Shown: positions 45,561-57,095 of the stretch, piece by piece | How the letters are laid out: each line of letters begins with the position of its first letter | Position numbering within the stretch: position 1 is the stretch's first letter | Origin: Bradyrhizobium sp. | GTDB lineage: Bacteria > Pseudomonadota > Alphaproteobacteria > Rhizobiales > Xanthobacteraceae | Assembly (NCBI GenBank): GCA_046349015.1 | Contig: JAXMDE010000017.1 | Location: forward strand, 9,363-73,362 | DNA length: 64,000 nt | Direction: 5' to 3' | The notes under the pieces: generated by a model | The model's input: only the letters and a program-made list of their open reading frames with translations | Databases searched by the model: none | What the model was told of the DNA's origin: nothing | Position numbers and translations under genes: made by a program

Positions 45561-46919
45561 ATGACCGATCAAGACAGACTGCGTGACAAGCTGCTTCTCC
45601 CCAATCGCCGGCAGGTCGTCTCCGCAATGGCTACCTTCGGTGTTGCCGCCATGATCGCCCCGCGTGGTGCGTTGGCGCAGAAGCGCATCACCATCACCGA
45701 AGGCGATTTCGCGCCGCTGCCGATTGCAATCCCGAATTTCGTGCCGGGCACGCCGGCCGAGGGAGAGGTAGGCTTCGGCGTAACCTCCGTCATCACCAAC
45801 AACCTCAAGCGCAGCGGCTTGTTCGCGCCGATCGACCAGGCTGCCTATATCGACAAGGTCGTCGATTTTGACCGCGCGCCCAATTTTCAGAACTGGAAGA
45901 CCATCAACGCGCAGGCGCTGCTGCTCGGCCGCGTCAGCCGGCAGCCGGACGGGCGGTTGCTGGCGGAATTTCGCCTCTGGGACGTCAACACCGCGCAACA
46001 GATCGCCGGCCAGCAATACAACACCACGCCGGAATCCTGGCGCCGTGTCGGCCACATCATCTCCGACAAGATCTACGAGCGCCTGACCGGCGAGAAGGGC
46101 TATTTCGACAGCCGCGTCGTGTTCGTCGACGAGACCGGCTCGAAGGAGCGCCGCGTCAAGCGGCTGGCGCTGATGGACCAGGACGGAGCGAACGTGCGCT
46201 ATTTGACGCGCGGCAGCGACCTCGTGCTGACGCCGCGCTTCTCGCCGAACAGCCAGGAAATCACCTATATGGAATTCGGCCAGGGCGATCCGCGCGTCTA
46301 TCTCTTCAACATCGAGACCGGCCAGCGCGAGATCGTCGGCAACTTCCCGGGCATGTCGTTTGCGCCGCGCTTTTCGCCGGACGGCCAGCGCGTGATCATG
46401 AGCCTGCAGCAGGGCGGCAACTCCAACCTGTTCGTGATGGACCTGCGCTCCAAGACCACCACGCGCCTCACCGACACGCCTGCAATCGACACTTCGCCCT
46501 CCTACGCGCCGGACGGCTCGCGGATCTGCTTCGAGTCCGATCGCGGCGGCAAGCCTCAGATCTACGTGATGGGCGCCAGCGGCGGCGCGGCGCAGCGCAT
46601 CTCGTTCGGCGAGGGAAGCTACTCGACGCCGGTGTGGTCGCCGCGCGGCGATTACATCGCGTTTACCAAGCAGGGCGGCGGACAATTCGCGATCGGCATC
46701 ATGAAGACCGACGGCTCGGGCGAGCGCATCCTCACCGCGGGCTATCACAATGAGGGGCCGACCTTCGCGCCGAACGGACGGGTGGTGATGTTCTTCCGCG
46801 AACCCGGCGGCAATTCCGGGCCGTCGCTGTTCACCGTCGACGTCTCCGGCCGCAACGAACAGCGGGTGCCGACGCCGGGTTTTGCCTCCGATCCGGCATG
46901 GTCGCCGCTGCTGTCGTAA
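45561..46919 (+). CDS. tolB: Tol-Pal beta-propeller protein TolB
   Basis: [19 protein letters not shown] and PD40 repeats (PRFSPDG, PVWSPRG). Confidence 0.96.
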   Translation: MTDQDRLRDKLLLPNRRQVVSAMATFGVAAMIAPRGALAQKRITITEGDFAPLPIAIPNFVPGTPAEGEVGFGVTSVITNNLKRSGLFAPIDQAAYIDKVVDFDRAPNFQNWKTINAQALLLGRVSRQPDGRLLAEFRLWDVNTAQQIAGQQYNTTPESWRRVGHIISDKIYERLTGEKGYFDSRVVFVDETGSKERRVKRLALMDQDGANVRYLTRGSDLVLTPRFSPNSQEITYMEFGQGDPRVYLFNIETGQREIVGNFPGMSFAPRFSPDGQRVIMSLQQGGNSNLFVMDLRSKTTTRLTDTPAIDTSPSYAPDGSRICFESDRGGKPQIYVMGASGGAAQRISFGEGSYSTPVWSPRGDYIAFTKQGGGQFAIGIMKTDGSGERILTAGYHNEGPTFAPNGRVVMFFREPGGNSGPSLFTVDVSGRNEQRVPTPGFASDPAWSPLLS

Positions 46920-47103
46920 GGCACTCGAGAACGGCGCCCCGGGAACCCTGACGTTAATCGGCAAACATTGCCTAGCTTGCTGATCTTTCAAGCCGTTTTT
47001 CGCCCTGCCCGGCCAATTGCAACAACTCGCTAACCCTGTTCCCTCAGAAAGACTTCACCTGCGCTCGGTAGAACTACGCTCAACGAGGAAGCGTGCTCCG
47101 CCG

Positions 47104-49428
47104 ATGCAACTTGCCCACGAGACCGGAGGAAAAGAACAGCGATTGTCGCCGTTGATTCACGGTGCGCTGATCGATTCCTTGTTCGAGACGGCCGCGACGG
47201 TGCATACCGGCATCGTGTTCGCGACCATCACCGCGGCCATGACCGCGCTGAAGACCGGCAACGATTTCATCTGGGCCTGCGTCGCGCTGCTCGCCTTGGC
47301 CGGCGTTATCCGCGCGATCGATCTGCACCTCTACCAGGCGCGCAAATCGATGCTTACCGCCGAGGGCGCCGCGCGCTGGCAGACGCGGTACCAGATCGGG
47401 GCGATGATCCAGGCTGTGGCGATCGGAATCTGGTGCGCCACCACGCTGCTCAGCACCGACGACGCCGTCGCCCACATGATCGCCCTGTCGGTGACCATCG
47501 GCCTGCTTGCCGGCGGCGCGGCCAGAGCGTACGGGCGGCAGTGGATTTTCCGCCTGCAGGTCGTCCTTGCCCTGGGTTCGACCGTGCTCGCGCTGGCGCT
47601 TCGTGGCACGCCGTATTATGTCGCCATGGCTGCGGTCGTTACAGTGTTCTTGATCACGCTGATCAAGCTCTCGGCCAACCTGCACCGGATTTTCATGCAG
47701 GCGCTGGTGGCGCGCGAGCGAGAGGCGGCGCTGGCCGGCCAATTCGACACTGCGCTCAACAACATGCCGCACGGGCTGTGCATGTTCCGCTTCGACGGAC
47801 GCCTGGCGGTGATGAACCACCGCTTCGCCGAAATGATGAGCCTGCCCGACGATCTGGTGCAGCGCGGCGCCAGTGCAGCCGACATCATCGACGCCTGCGT
47901 GCTGGCCGGATCGATTTCGGCCGCGAGCGGCAAGATGATCCTGGCCGAGATCGAGAACACCCGCGCTCGCGACATGATCACGACCGACCCGAATCACGTG
48001 CGCGGGCGTTCGATGTCGTGGACGTTCCAGCCGATGGCCGGCGGTGGCGCCGTCGTGCTGCTCGAAGACATCACCGAGCGGCGCAATGCGGAAGCCCGCA
48101 TCAGCCACCTGGCGCGCTACGACGAACTCACTGCGCTGCCAAACCGCGTCAATTTCCGCGACGAGATCGGGCGCCTGCTGGTGGCCCAGCGCGGCAGCGA
48201 CCACTTGTCGGCGCTGTTGTTCATCGACCTCGACCAGTTCAAGCAGGTCAATGACACCCTCGGCCATCCCTGCGGCGACCAGCTGCTGTGCGCCGTTTCG
48301 GATCGCCTGCGCGAGATGCTGCGGCCGGAGGACTTCGTTGCCCGCTTCGGCGGCGACGAGTTCGTCGTCTTCCAGCAGAACATCCATTCGGCCGAGGACG
48401 CCGCCGGCCTTGCCCGCCGCATCGTCGACCGCCTCAGCGAACGCTACAAGATCGACAATCACCTGGTCGAGATCGGCGCCAGCGTCGGCATTGCCGTGAC
48501 CGCGCCCGGCGTTTCCGCCGACACGCTGCTCAAGAACGCCGACATGGCACTGTATCGGGCCAAGGCCGACGGCCGCGGCACCTACTGCTTCTTCCGCGAA
48601 GAGATGGCGCAAACCGTGGAAGCCCGCCGCATCCTCGAACTCGACCTGCGCAAGGCACTGGCGAACGAGGAGTTCGAACTCTACTACCAGCCGCTGGTGA
48701 ACCTGAAGTCGGGCAAGATTTCCACCTGCGAGGCGCTGTTGCGCTGGAATCATCCGGTGCGCGGCACGGTTTCGCCGATCGACATCATTCCGATCGCCGA
48801 GGACATGGGCCTGATCGTCGATCTCGGCCGCTGGATCCTGCGCAAGGCCTGCATGGAGTGCATGAAGTGGCCAGCCGGCGTTTCGGTCGCCGTCAACTTC
48901 TCGCCGCAGCAATTCCACCAGCGCGATATTCTCAGCGAAATCCGCTATGCCCTGGAGGTCTCGGGCCTGCCTGCCGAACGGCTGGAGATCGAGATCACGG
49001 AGTCCTCGCTGCTCCGCAACACTCAGCTTACCCACGACGTGCTGGCGCAGCTGCATGCCCTGGGCGTGCGTATCTCGCTCGACGATTTCGGCACCGGCTA
49101 TTCCAGCCTCAGCTACCTGCACAATTTCCCATTGCAGAAGGTCAAGATCGACCGCTCCTTCCTCGAGGGTATCGATTCCGACCGGCCGCTGACCCTGCTG
49201 CGCGGCGTCGCCCGGCTGTCGGCCGACCTCGGCATGTCCGTGGTGGTGGAGGGTATCGAGACCAACGAGCAGCTGGAGCGTATCTCCAGCGATGGCACGG
49301 TCTCGGAGGCCCAAGGCTATTTGTTTAGTCGGCCCGTCCCCGCCGTTCGTATCCGCCAGCTCCTCAACGCATCCCATGGCCGCCGGCCGGGTGAGGGCGC
49401 GATTCACCTCGTCAGCTCGATTGCCTGA
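47104..49428 (+). CDS. membrane-bound PAS-GGDEF-EAL diguanylate cyclase/phosphodiesterase
   Basis: About 5-6 N-terminal TMs, PAS, RPED I-site with GGDEF, EALLRW, DDFGTGYSS and QGYLFSRP. Confidence 0.93.
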   Translation: MQLAHETGGKEQRLSPLIHGALIDSLFETAATVHTGIVFATITAAMTALKTGNDFIWACVALLALAGVIRAIDLHLYQARKSMLTAEGAARWQTRYQIGAMIQAVAIGIWCATTLLSTDDAVAHMIALSVTIGLLAGGAARAYGRQWIFRLQVVLALGSTVLALALRGTPYYVAMAAVVTVFLITLIKLSANLHRIFMQALVAREREAALAGQFDTALNNMPHGLCMFRFDGRLAVMNHRFAEMMSLPDDLVQRGASAADIIDACVLAGSISAASGKMILAEIENTRARDMITTDPNHVRGRSMSWTFQPMAGGGAVVLLEDITERRNAEARISHLARYDELTALPNRVNFRDEIGRLLVAQRGSDHLSALLFIDLDQFKQVNDTLGHPCGDQLLCAVSDRLREMLRPEDFVARFGGDEFVVFQQNIHSAEDAAGLARRIVDRLSERYKIDNHLVEIGASVGIAVTAPGVSADTLLKNADMALYRAKADGRGTYCFFREEMAQTVEARRILELDLRKALANEEFELYYQPLVNLKSGKISTCEALLRWNHPVRGTVSPIDIIPIAEDMGLIVDLGRWILRKACMECMKWPAGVSVAVNFSPQQFHQRDILSEIRYALEVSGLPAERLEIEITESSLLRNTQLTHDVLAQLHALGVRISLDDFGTGYSSLSYLHNFPLQKVKIDRSFLEGIDSDRPLTLLRGVARLSADLGMSVVVEGIETNEQLERISSDGTVSEAQGYLFSRPVPAVRIRQLLNASHGRRPGEGAIHLVSSIA

Positions 49429-49512
49429 ATACTTCGACGAAACGACATTTCGCGTAAAACTACGGTCGGCCAAAATGATTAACCCTAACGTTGCTATGGC
49501 TTTGCAAATTCG

Positions 49513-49527
49513 TTAAGACGCTGTTAA
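49513..49527. promoter_or_regulatory. perfect CtrA box
   Basis: TTAA-gacgctg-TTAA, 52 nt upstream of the FeeM-like gene. Confidence 0.65.
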
Positions 49528-49579
49528 GTATTTTGTTGTGCCCGCAGAAGTTGTTGCGTTTTCAAGGAGAGGGGTGGGG

Positions 49580-50308
49580 ATGAAGTCCGGAGTCGAGACC
49601 CGCTCGCACTCTGTTTGGGGATCCGGGCTGCTTGATCGCGTCGAATACCGCCTCGTCGAGACCGCCGAGGAAAGAGATCGCATCTGTGCCTTGCGGTACA
49701 AGGCCTATTTCCACGGCGGACTGATCCCGCCCTCGGAAACACAGCGCGTCTACGATCCCTACGACGATGCCCCCAACGCCTGGACGTTTGGCATCCATGT
49801 CGATGGAGACCTCTGCAGTTCCGTTCGTCTACACGTCCTGACGCCGGAATTGCGGATGTCCCATGCATTCGATCTGTTCGGCGACGTGCTCGGCCCGCGC
49901 CTCGATCGGGGCGAGGTTTTTGTCGATCCGTCGCGGCTGGCCGCGGACCCCGACAAGGCCGGCCGGTTTCCGGAACTGCCATACCTGACGGTGCGGCTGG
50001 GCTACATGGCGTGCGAATACTTCAACGCCGATACCGGGCTTGCGCTCGTGCGCGCCGAGCATCAGGCGTTTTATCGCCGGGTCTTCCTGCAGCAGACCAT
50101 CGCCGGGCCGCGCCCGATCCCGATCATCAAGCAAGAGGTTGCGTTGATGGCGTGCGATTTCCGGGCCGTGCGGGAAAAGGTGCTGGCCCGCTTTCCCATC
50201 ATGCGCTCGACCGCTGCCGAGCGGCAGATGCTGTTCCAGCGCGGCGGTGAGCGGCATCTGTCGCCAGCCGCCTTCGACGAGCGGACCTCGATCGTCCCGA
50301 ATCCCTGA
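49580..50308 (+). CDS. FeeM-like N-acyl amino acid synthase (GNAT fold)
   Basis: ERDRICALRYKAY, SSVRLH, FVDPSRLAAD and HQAFYRRVF, resembling the FeeM/NAS family. AGGAG RBS region. Confidence 0.7.
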   Translation: MKSGVETRSHSVWGSGLLDRVEYRLVETAEERDRICALRYKAYFHGGLIPPSETQRVYDPYDDAPNAWTFGIHVDGDLCSSVRLHVLTPELRMSHAFDLFGDVLGPRLDRGEVFVDPSRLAADPDKAGRFPELPYLTVRLGYMACEYFNADTGLALVRAEHQAFYRRVFLQQTIAGPRPIPIIKQEVALMACDFRAVREKVLARFPIMRSTAAERQMLFQRGGERHLSPAAFDERTSIVPNP

Positions 50309-50622
50309 GTTCGGCCGGGCGGAGCACCGCCACGCTCTGCCGCTTCCAGGCGCCGGTGTTCATAAACCGTTGCCGCCCTGCCGCTGTCCCCGGAAAATCC
50401 GACCCAATGACGCGGGAGGGGACGGTTCCGGCCCCAGCATCCGCTTGCCTCCACCATCGCGCCATATTTACAAATGATTAACTATCGCTGTCGCTTTTCA
50501 CCGATCGGAGGCATTTGAGCCGTCCCGGCAACGCCCCATCAAGGTTGACGGAACGTTCGCTTAACCAACGCCCTGTAGACCGGATGACAGTATCGAGAAA
50601 CGTGAGCGTGGAGGCTCCCGGA

Positions 50623-51111
50623 ATGAGAAATCAGATGCGTATCCTCCAGGGTTTGAAGCTGGTGGCCGTGCTGGCCGTGGCGCTTTCCATGGGCGCCTGC
50701 GCCAACAAGAATACCGGCACCGAAGCGATGGCGAGCGCCGCCACGCCGGGCAGCCAGCAGGACTTCGTGGTCAATGTCGGTGACCGGGTGTTCTTCGAAA
50801 GCGACCAGACCGACCTCAGCCCGCAGGCGATCGCCACCCTCGAGAAGCAGGCGCAGTGGCTGCAGACCTACAACCGCTATTCCTTCACGATCGAAGGCCA
50901 CGCCGACGAGCGCGGGACCCGCGAATACAACATCGCGCTCGGCGCCCGCCGCGCCCAATCGGTACGTTCGTTCCTGGCCTCGCGCGGCATCGACGCGAGC
51001 CGCATGCGTACGATCTCCTATGGCAAGGAGCGCCCGGTTGCCGTCTGTAACGACATCTCCTGCTGGTCGCAGAACCGCCGCGCGGTCACTGTGCTGAACG
51101 CGAGTTCGTAA
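50623..51111 (+). CDS. pal: peptidoglycan-associated lipoprotein Pal
   Basis: Lipobox MGAC, IEGHADERGTREYNIALGARRA, ISYGKERP and NRRA motifs. Confidence 0.96.
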   Translation: MRNQMRILQGLKLVAVLAVALSMGACANKNTGTEAMASAATPGSQQDFVVNVGDRVFFESDQTDLSPQAIATLEKQAQWLQTYNRYSFTIEGHADERGTREYNIALGARRAQSVRSFLASRGIDASRMRTISYGKERPVAVCNDISCWSQNRRAVTVLNASS

Positions 51112-51279
51112 GACTTTCGTCGCTTGGGGTGAGCGGATGGCCGGCGTCCCTAGGGGCGCCGGTTTCATTTTGTTGACCAGACCAGGTGCCGGAACCCCCT
51201 TGGTTTCAGTCACAATTCCGGCGTACTCCGTCCGTCATCTGATTCCCGCTTGTCGCGCCGATTTCGCCGTCAGGACAAC

Positions 51280-52356
51280 ATGTCATCCAGACTTCACAAC
51301 TTCTTGCGCGCCGCAGCTGCCGCTGCGGTGCTTGCCACTGGTCCCCAGGCCCTCGCGCAGGAGGCCGATCTCGAGATGCGCATCCAGCGGCTGGAGAACC
51401 AGTTGCGCCAGCTCACCGGCCAGAACGAGGAGTTGCAATACCGTAACCGCCAGCTGGAAGAGCGCCTGCGCCAGCTCGGCGCGGGCGCGCCTCCGGGGAC
51501 GCCGGGCACCCAGGAGCCTCAGGTAGCTGCGCCGCCGCCCAGCGTCGCGGCCGCACCGCCCATGCAAGCCAATTCAGGGTATGGGCAACAGCCCTATCCG
51601 CAGCAGGGCGGCTACCCTTCACAGCAGCCGGGCTATCAGCAGCCCGCCTACCCGCAGCAGCCGCAGGCCGCGGCCGAACCGCAGATCGCTGCTCCCGCGC
51701 CGATCATGCAGGAACCGGCTCCGCCCGCCGCCGGCAATCGCCGCCGCGGCGACGCGTTCGATCCAACCCAAAATCCGAACGCGCCCGGCGCGCCAAAGGC
51801 GCTCGGCGGCGGCCAGCTGCCGATCAGCAACCAAGGTGCCCTCGCCGCCGCTCCCGGCAGCCGTGCCCCCGGCGAGCCGCTCGATCTCGGTGGCGCCGGC
51901 CCGCGCCCGCCCGGCCCGGCTGCGCCGCCGGCGCAGGGACTCAGCGCCGCGCTGACGACGCTGCCGCCGTCGGCGACACCGCGCGACGAGTTCGACCTCG
52001 GTATCGGTTACATGCAGCGCAAGGATTATGCGCTGGCCGAAGAGACCATGAAGAACTTCGCGCAGAAATTTCCGAACGATCCGCTGGTCGGCGATTCCAA
52101 ATACTGGCTTGGTGAAAGCTATTTCCAGCGCCAGCAATACCGTGAAGCCGCGCAGGCTTTCCTCGGCGTGACAAGCGACTATGAGAAGTCGGCGAAAGCC
52201 CCTGACGCGATGCTGCGGCTCGGCCAGTCGCTGGCGGCGCTGAAGGAGAAGGAGGCGGCCTGTGCTGCCTTCGGCGCGGTCACGCAGAAATATCCGCGCG
52301 CCTCCGCCGGCGTGAAGGCGGCCGTGGACCGTGAGCAGAAGCGGGTAAAGTGCTAA
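51280..52356 (+). CDS. cpoB: cell division coordinator CpoB (YbgF)
   Basis: RLENQLRQLTGQNEEL coiled coil, Pro/Gln linker, TPR (YWLGES, KAPDAMLRLG). Confidence 0.92.
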   Translation: MSSRLHNFLRAAAAAAVLATGPQALAQEADLEMRIQRLENQLRQLTGQNEELQYRNRQLEERLRQLGAGAPPGTPGTQEPQVAAPPPSVAAAPPMQANSGYGQQPYPQQGGYPSQQPGYQQPAYPQQPQAAAEPQIAAPAPIMQEPAPPAAGNRRRGDAFDPTQNPNAPGAPKALGGGQLPISNQGALAAAPGSRAPGEPLDLGGAGPRPPGPAAPPAQGLSAALTTLPPSATPRDEFDLGIGYMQRKDYALAEETMKNFAQKFPNDPLVGDSKYWLGESYFQRQQYREAAQAFLGVTSDYEKSAKAPDAMLRLGQSLAALKEKEAACAAFGAVTQKYPRASAGVKAAVDREQKRVKC

Positions 52357-52360
52357 AGCA

Positions 52361-52394
52361 ATCGATGACGGGGCCCGACGGGCCCCGCATCGAT
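52361..52394. other. strong hairpin between cpoB and tilS
   Basis: atcgatg-a-cggggccc-gac-gggccccg-catcgat. Confidence 0.5.
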
Positions 52395-52402
52395 GGCGGC
52401 AC

Positions 52403-53425
52403 ATGACGGACGAAAAATCCCCGATCTCGGCAGCCCGGGCGCGCGCGATCTTCGCGCCGTGGAAGGCCGTGCCCGCGATCGTGCTGGCCGTTTCCGGCGG
52501 GCCGGATTCGATCGCATTGATGTGGCTGGCGGCGCGCTGGCGGGCGCGGCTGAAGCGGGGACCACGGCTGATTGCCGTCACCGTCGATCACGGCTTGCGT
52601 AAAGAAGCAGCGCGCGAGGCGCGCGACGTCAAGCATCTGGCGCGCAAGCTCGGCATGGAGCACCGCACGGTGCGCTGGCAGGGGACGAAGCCGAAGACCG
52701 GCGTGGCGGCGGCGGCGCGCGAGGCGCGCTATCGCTTGCTGGCGACGGCTGCACGCGCCAGTGGCGCCGCGCACGTCGCCACCGCGCATACAAGGGACGA
52801 TCAGGCCGAGACGTTATTGATGCGTCTCTTGCGCGGCAGCGGCGTCGCGGGGCTTGCCGCCATGGCGGCCGATACCGAGCGTGAGGGCGTGAGGCTGCTG
52901 CGGCCGCTGCTCGAAATCTCCAAGGCGGAGCTGATCGCAACGCTTGAATCGGCCGGTATCGCCTTTGCCGACGACCCCACCAATCGCGATTTTTCCTTCA
53001 CCCGTCCCAGGTTGCGTGCGCTGATGCCCGTCCTTGCGGAGGAGGGCGCCGATGCCAGAACGCTGGCGCGGCTGGCGTCGCGGCTGGCGCGCGCCAATGC
53101 AGCGGTGGAGATGCTGGCTGACGGCGCCGAGCGCTACCTCGCACTCACCGATCGCGGCGCTTCGCTGGGTGGCTACGACACGCGCGCGTTTGCGGCGTTG
53201 CCGGAGGAGGTCCGGCTTCGGTTGCTCAGGCGTGCGATCGATCGGCACGGTCATGAGGGGCCGGCGGAACTCGGCAAGGTGGAGGCCCTGCTGGCCGGTA
53301 TCGATCGCGCGGTCGCGGAGGGGCAATCCGGGCTGAAACAGACCTTGGCGGGGGCGGCGATCAGCCTTTCCAGGGGGCGAATCCTGATCAAGCCGGCACC
53401 GCCGCGCCGCCGCCGGCCGGCCTGA
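52403..53425 (+). CDS. tilS: tRNA(Ile)-lysidine synthetase
   Basis: AVSGGPDS, VDHGLR, AREARY, AHTRDDQAET and DDPTN motifs. Confidence 0.95.
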   Translation: MTDEKSPISAARARAIFAPWKAVPAIVLAVSGGPDSIALMWLAARWRARLKRGPRLIAVTVDHGLRKEAAREARDVKHLARKLGMEHRTVRWQGTKPKTGVAAAAREARYRLLATAARASGAAHVATAHTRDDQAETLLMRLLRGSGVAGLAAMAADTEREGVRLLRPLLEISKAELIATLESAGIAFADDPTNRDFSFTRPRLRALMPVLAEEGADARTLARLASRLARANAAVEMLADGAERYLALTDRGASLGGYDTRAFAALPEEVRLRLLRRAIDRHGHEGPAELGKVEALLAGIDRAVAEGQSGLKQTLAGAAISLSRGRILIKPAPPRRRRPA

Positions 53426-53548
53426 CTTCCCCGCATCTCGCTCGACCCGTCGCGGAGACGCTTAACCACCCCCCAAAAACGGCATGCAAAGCGTCATTAT
53501 TTCAGCGGGAATCGGACTAGGATGCGTTAAATAGTCCTGTCCCGTTCC

Positions 53549-53577
53549 CTTGGCACCAAGGCGCTCGGCACCTAAAT
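53549..53577 (+). promoter_or_regulatory. RpoH-type promoter candidate for ftsH
   Basis: CTTGGC-N16-CCTAAAT, similar to the rhizobial RpoH consensus CTTGAA-N16-CCTATAT. Confidence 0.45.
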
Positions 53578-53666
53578 TGTATCGCAGTCGGGGGAATCCT
53601 CGTGGCTACCGGGGTTTACTGCCAAGGATGAGAGGCCGCGATCCGCGCGACCACGAAGGAAAGTCA

Positions 53667-55589
<1,923 letters not shown>

Positions 55590-55613
55590 TCGTTCAAAGT
55601 CGACCCTGACAAG

Positions 55614-55640
55614 AAGCCCGGCCTCGTGCCGGGCTTTTTT
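55614..55640 (+). terminator. intrinsic terminator of ftsH
   Basis: aagcccggc-ctcgt-gccgggctt-tttt. Confidence 0.8.
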
Positions 55641-55743
55641 GTTTGGCGCACAGATTGGGCCGTGGCATGGTTTGCGGCGAGCCGGAACGCCGGCCGCCCC
55701 GCGTCATCTGGCGCGGCGCACAAATATCAGGGGAGCGAAGCGG

Positions 55744-56949
55744 ATGCGTTTGCCCGCAGGATGCGCCGTGCTGAGCGCCGTAGCGCTCATGACCTTGCCC
55801 GTCCTTTCGCCGGCTGCCGAAATGCGCGGCGTCACCGCCACCGAGATCAAAATCGGGCAGACCATGCCCTATAGCGGGCCGGTGTCGGCGTTCGGTGCGC
55901 TCGGCAAGGGCGAGGTCGGCTACTTCAAGATGCTCAACGAGCGCGGCGGCATCAACGGCCGCAAGGTCAATCTGATCTCGCTCGACGACAGCTACGCACC
56001 GCCCAAGACGGTGGAGCAGACGCGGCGGCTGGTCGAGAGCGACGAGGTGGCGCTGATCTTCTCGTCCATCGGCACGGCGCACAACACTGCGATCGCCAAA
56101 TATCTGCAGGGCAAGAACATCCCGCAGCTCTTCATCGGTTCCGGCGCGTCGAAGTTTTCCGACATCGCTCAATATCCGCAGGCGACGATGGGCGTGCAGG
56201 CGCCGTTCCGCTACGAGGCGCGGCTCTATGCGCGTCATGCGCTGGCCAGGAATCCCGGCGCCAAATTCGCCGTCATTTCGCAGAACGACGATTACGGCCG
56301 CGACTATCTGCTCGGACTGAAGGATGTGCTCGGCGAGAAATACGACTCGGTCGTGACCGGCGCGACCTACGAGATCCAGGATCCGACCATCGACTCCCAG
56401 ATCGTCAAGTTGAAGGCCTCGGGCGCCGACGTGTTCGTGATCGCGGCGACGCCGAAATTCGCTGCCCAGGCGATCCGGAAGGCTTATGAGATCGGCTGGC
56501 GGCCGTTGACGTTCCTGTCCAATGTCGCGGTGTGGATTTCCACCGTCATGGAGCCTGCAGGCGTCGAGGCCGGCACCGGCATCATCTCGACGGCCTATGT
56601 AAAGGATCCCGACGATCCCGCCTGGAAGGACGACCCGGGCGTCAAGGCCTGGCGCGAATTCATGCTCAAATACGTGCCCGACGGCGATCTGCACGACACC
56701 AACTACGTCAATTCCTACAACAGTGCGATGGCGCTGGAAGCCGTGCTGAAGGCGTGCGGCAACGACCTGTCGACCGAAAACATCCTCAAGCAGGCCTATG
56801 CGATCAAGGATCTGGAATTGCCGATGCTGCTGCCGGGTATCAAGGTCAACACCTCGCCGAGCGATCACGTGCCCGTCGACCAGATGCAGTTCATGCGCTT
56901 CAACGGCAAGACCTGGGAGCGGTTCGGGGAATTGCTGACGGGGAATTGA
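55744..56949 (+). CDS. ABC transporter substrate-binding protein (LivJ-like family)
   Basis: GVTATEIKIGQTMPYSGP, GGINGRK and DDSYAPPKT motifs; paralog of 360..1544. Confidence 0.9.
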   Translation: MRLPAGCAVLSAVALMTLPVLSPAAEMRGVTATEIKIGQTMPYSGPVSAFGALGKGEVGYFKMLNERGGINGRKVNLISLDDSYAPPKTVEQTRRLVESDEVALIFSSIGTAHNTAIAKYLQGKNIPQLFIGSGASKFSDIAQYPQATMGVQAPFRYEARLYARHALARNPGAKFAVISQNDDYGRDYLLGLKDVLGEKYDSVVTGATYEIQDPTIDSQIVKLKASGADVFVIAATPKFAAQAIRKAYEIGWRPLTFLSNVAVWISTVMEPAGVEAGTGIISTAYVKDPDDPAWKDDPGVKAWREFMLKYVPDGDLHDTNYVNSYNSAMALEAVLKACGNDLSTENILKQAYAIKDLELPMLLPGIKVNTSPSDHVPVDQMQFMRFNGKTWERFGELLTGN

Positions 56950-56967
56950 GGCAGGCTCCGCCCGCAA

Positions 56968-56992
56968 GTCGTCCCGGCCTGCGCCGGGACGG
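56968..56992. repeat. short GTC(G/A)TCCCGGC...GCCGGGAC hairpin (half of the 62156-type repeat)
   Basis: gtcgtcccggc-ctgc-gccgggacgg. Confidence 0.45.
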
Positions 56993-57095
56993 TCGCGAGA
57001 TTTTGGCGGGTGCTCCGGCCAACCCTTAAGAAATCTTAAATGCGGTCCGGCCTATTGCTGGAGGATGCGCTTTGCCCGCGCCAAGGGACCTCCGC

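Noticed and set aside
47080-49473. 797-aa minus-strand ORF
   Set aside because: Antisense shadow of the GGDEF/EAL gene.
51480-51960. Low-complexity Pro/Gln repeats (also in TolA and the DUF4175 C-terminus)
   Set aside because: Ordinary flexible linkers of CpoB, TolA and DUF4175.
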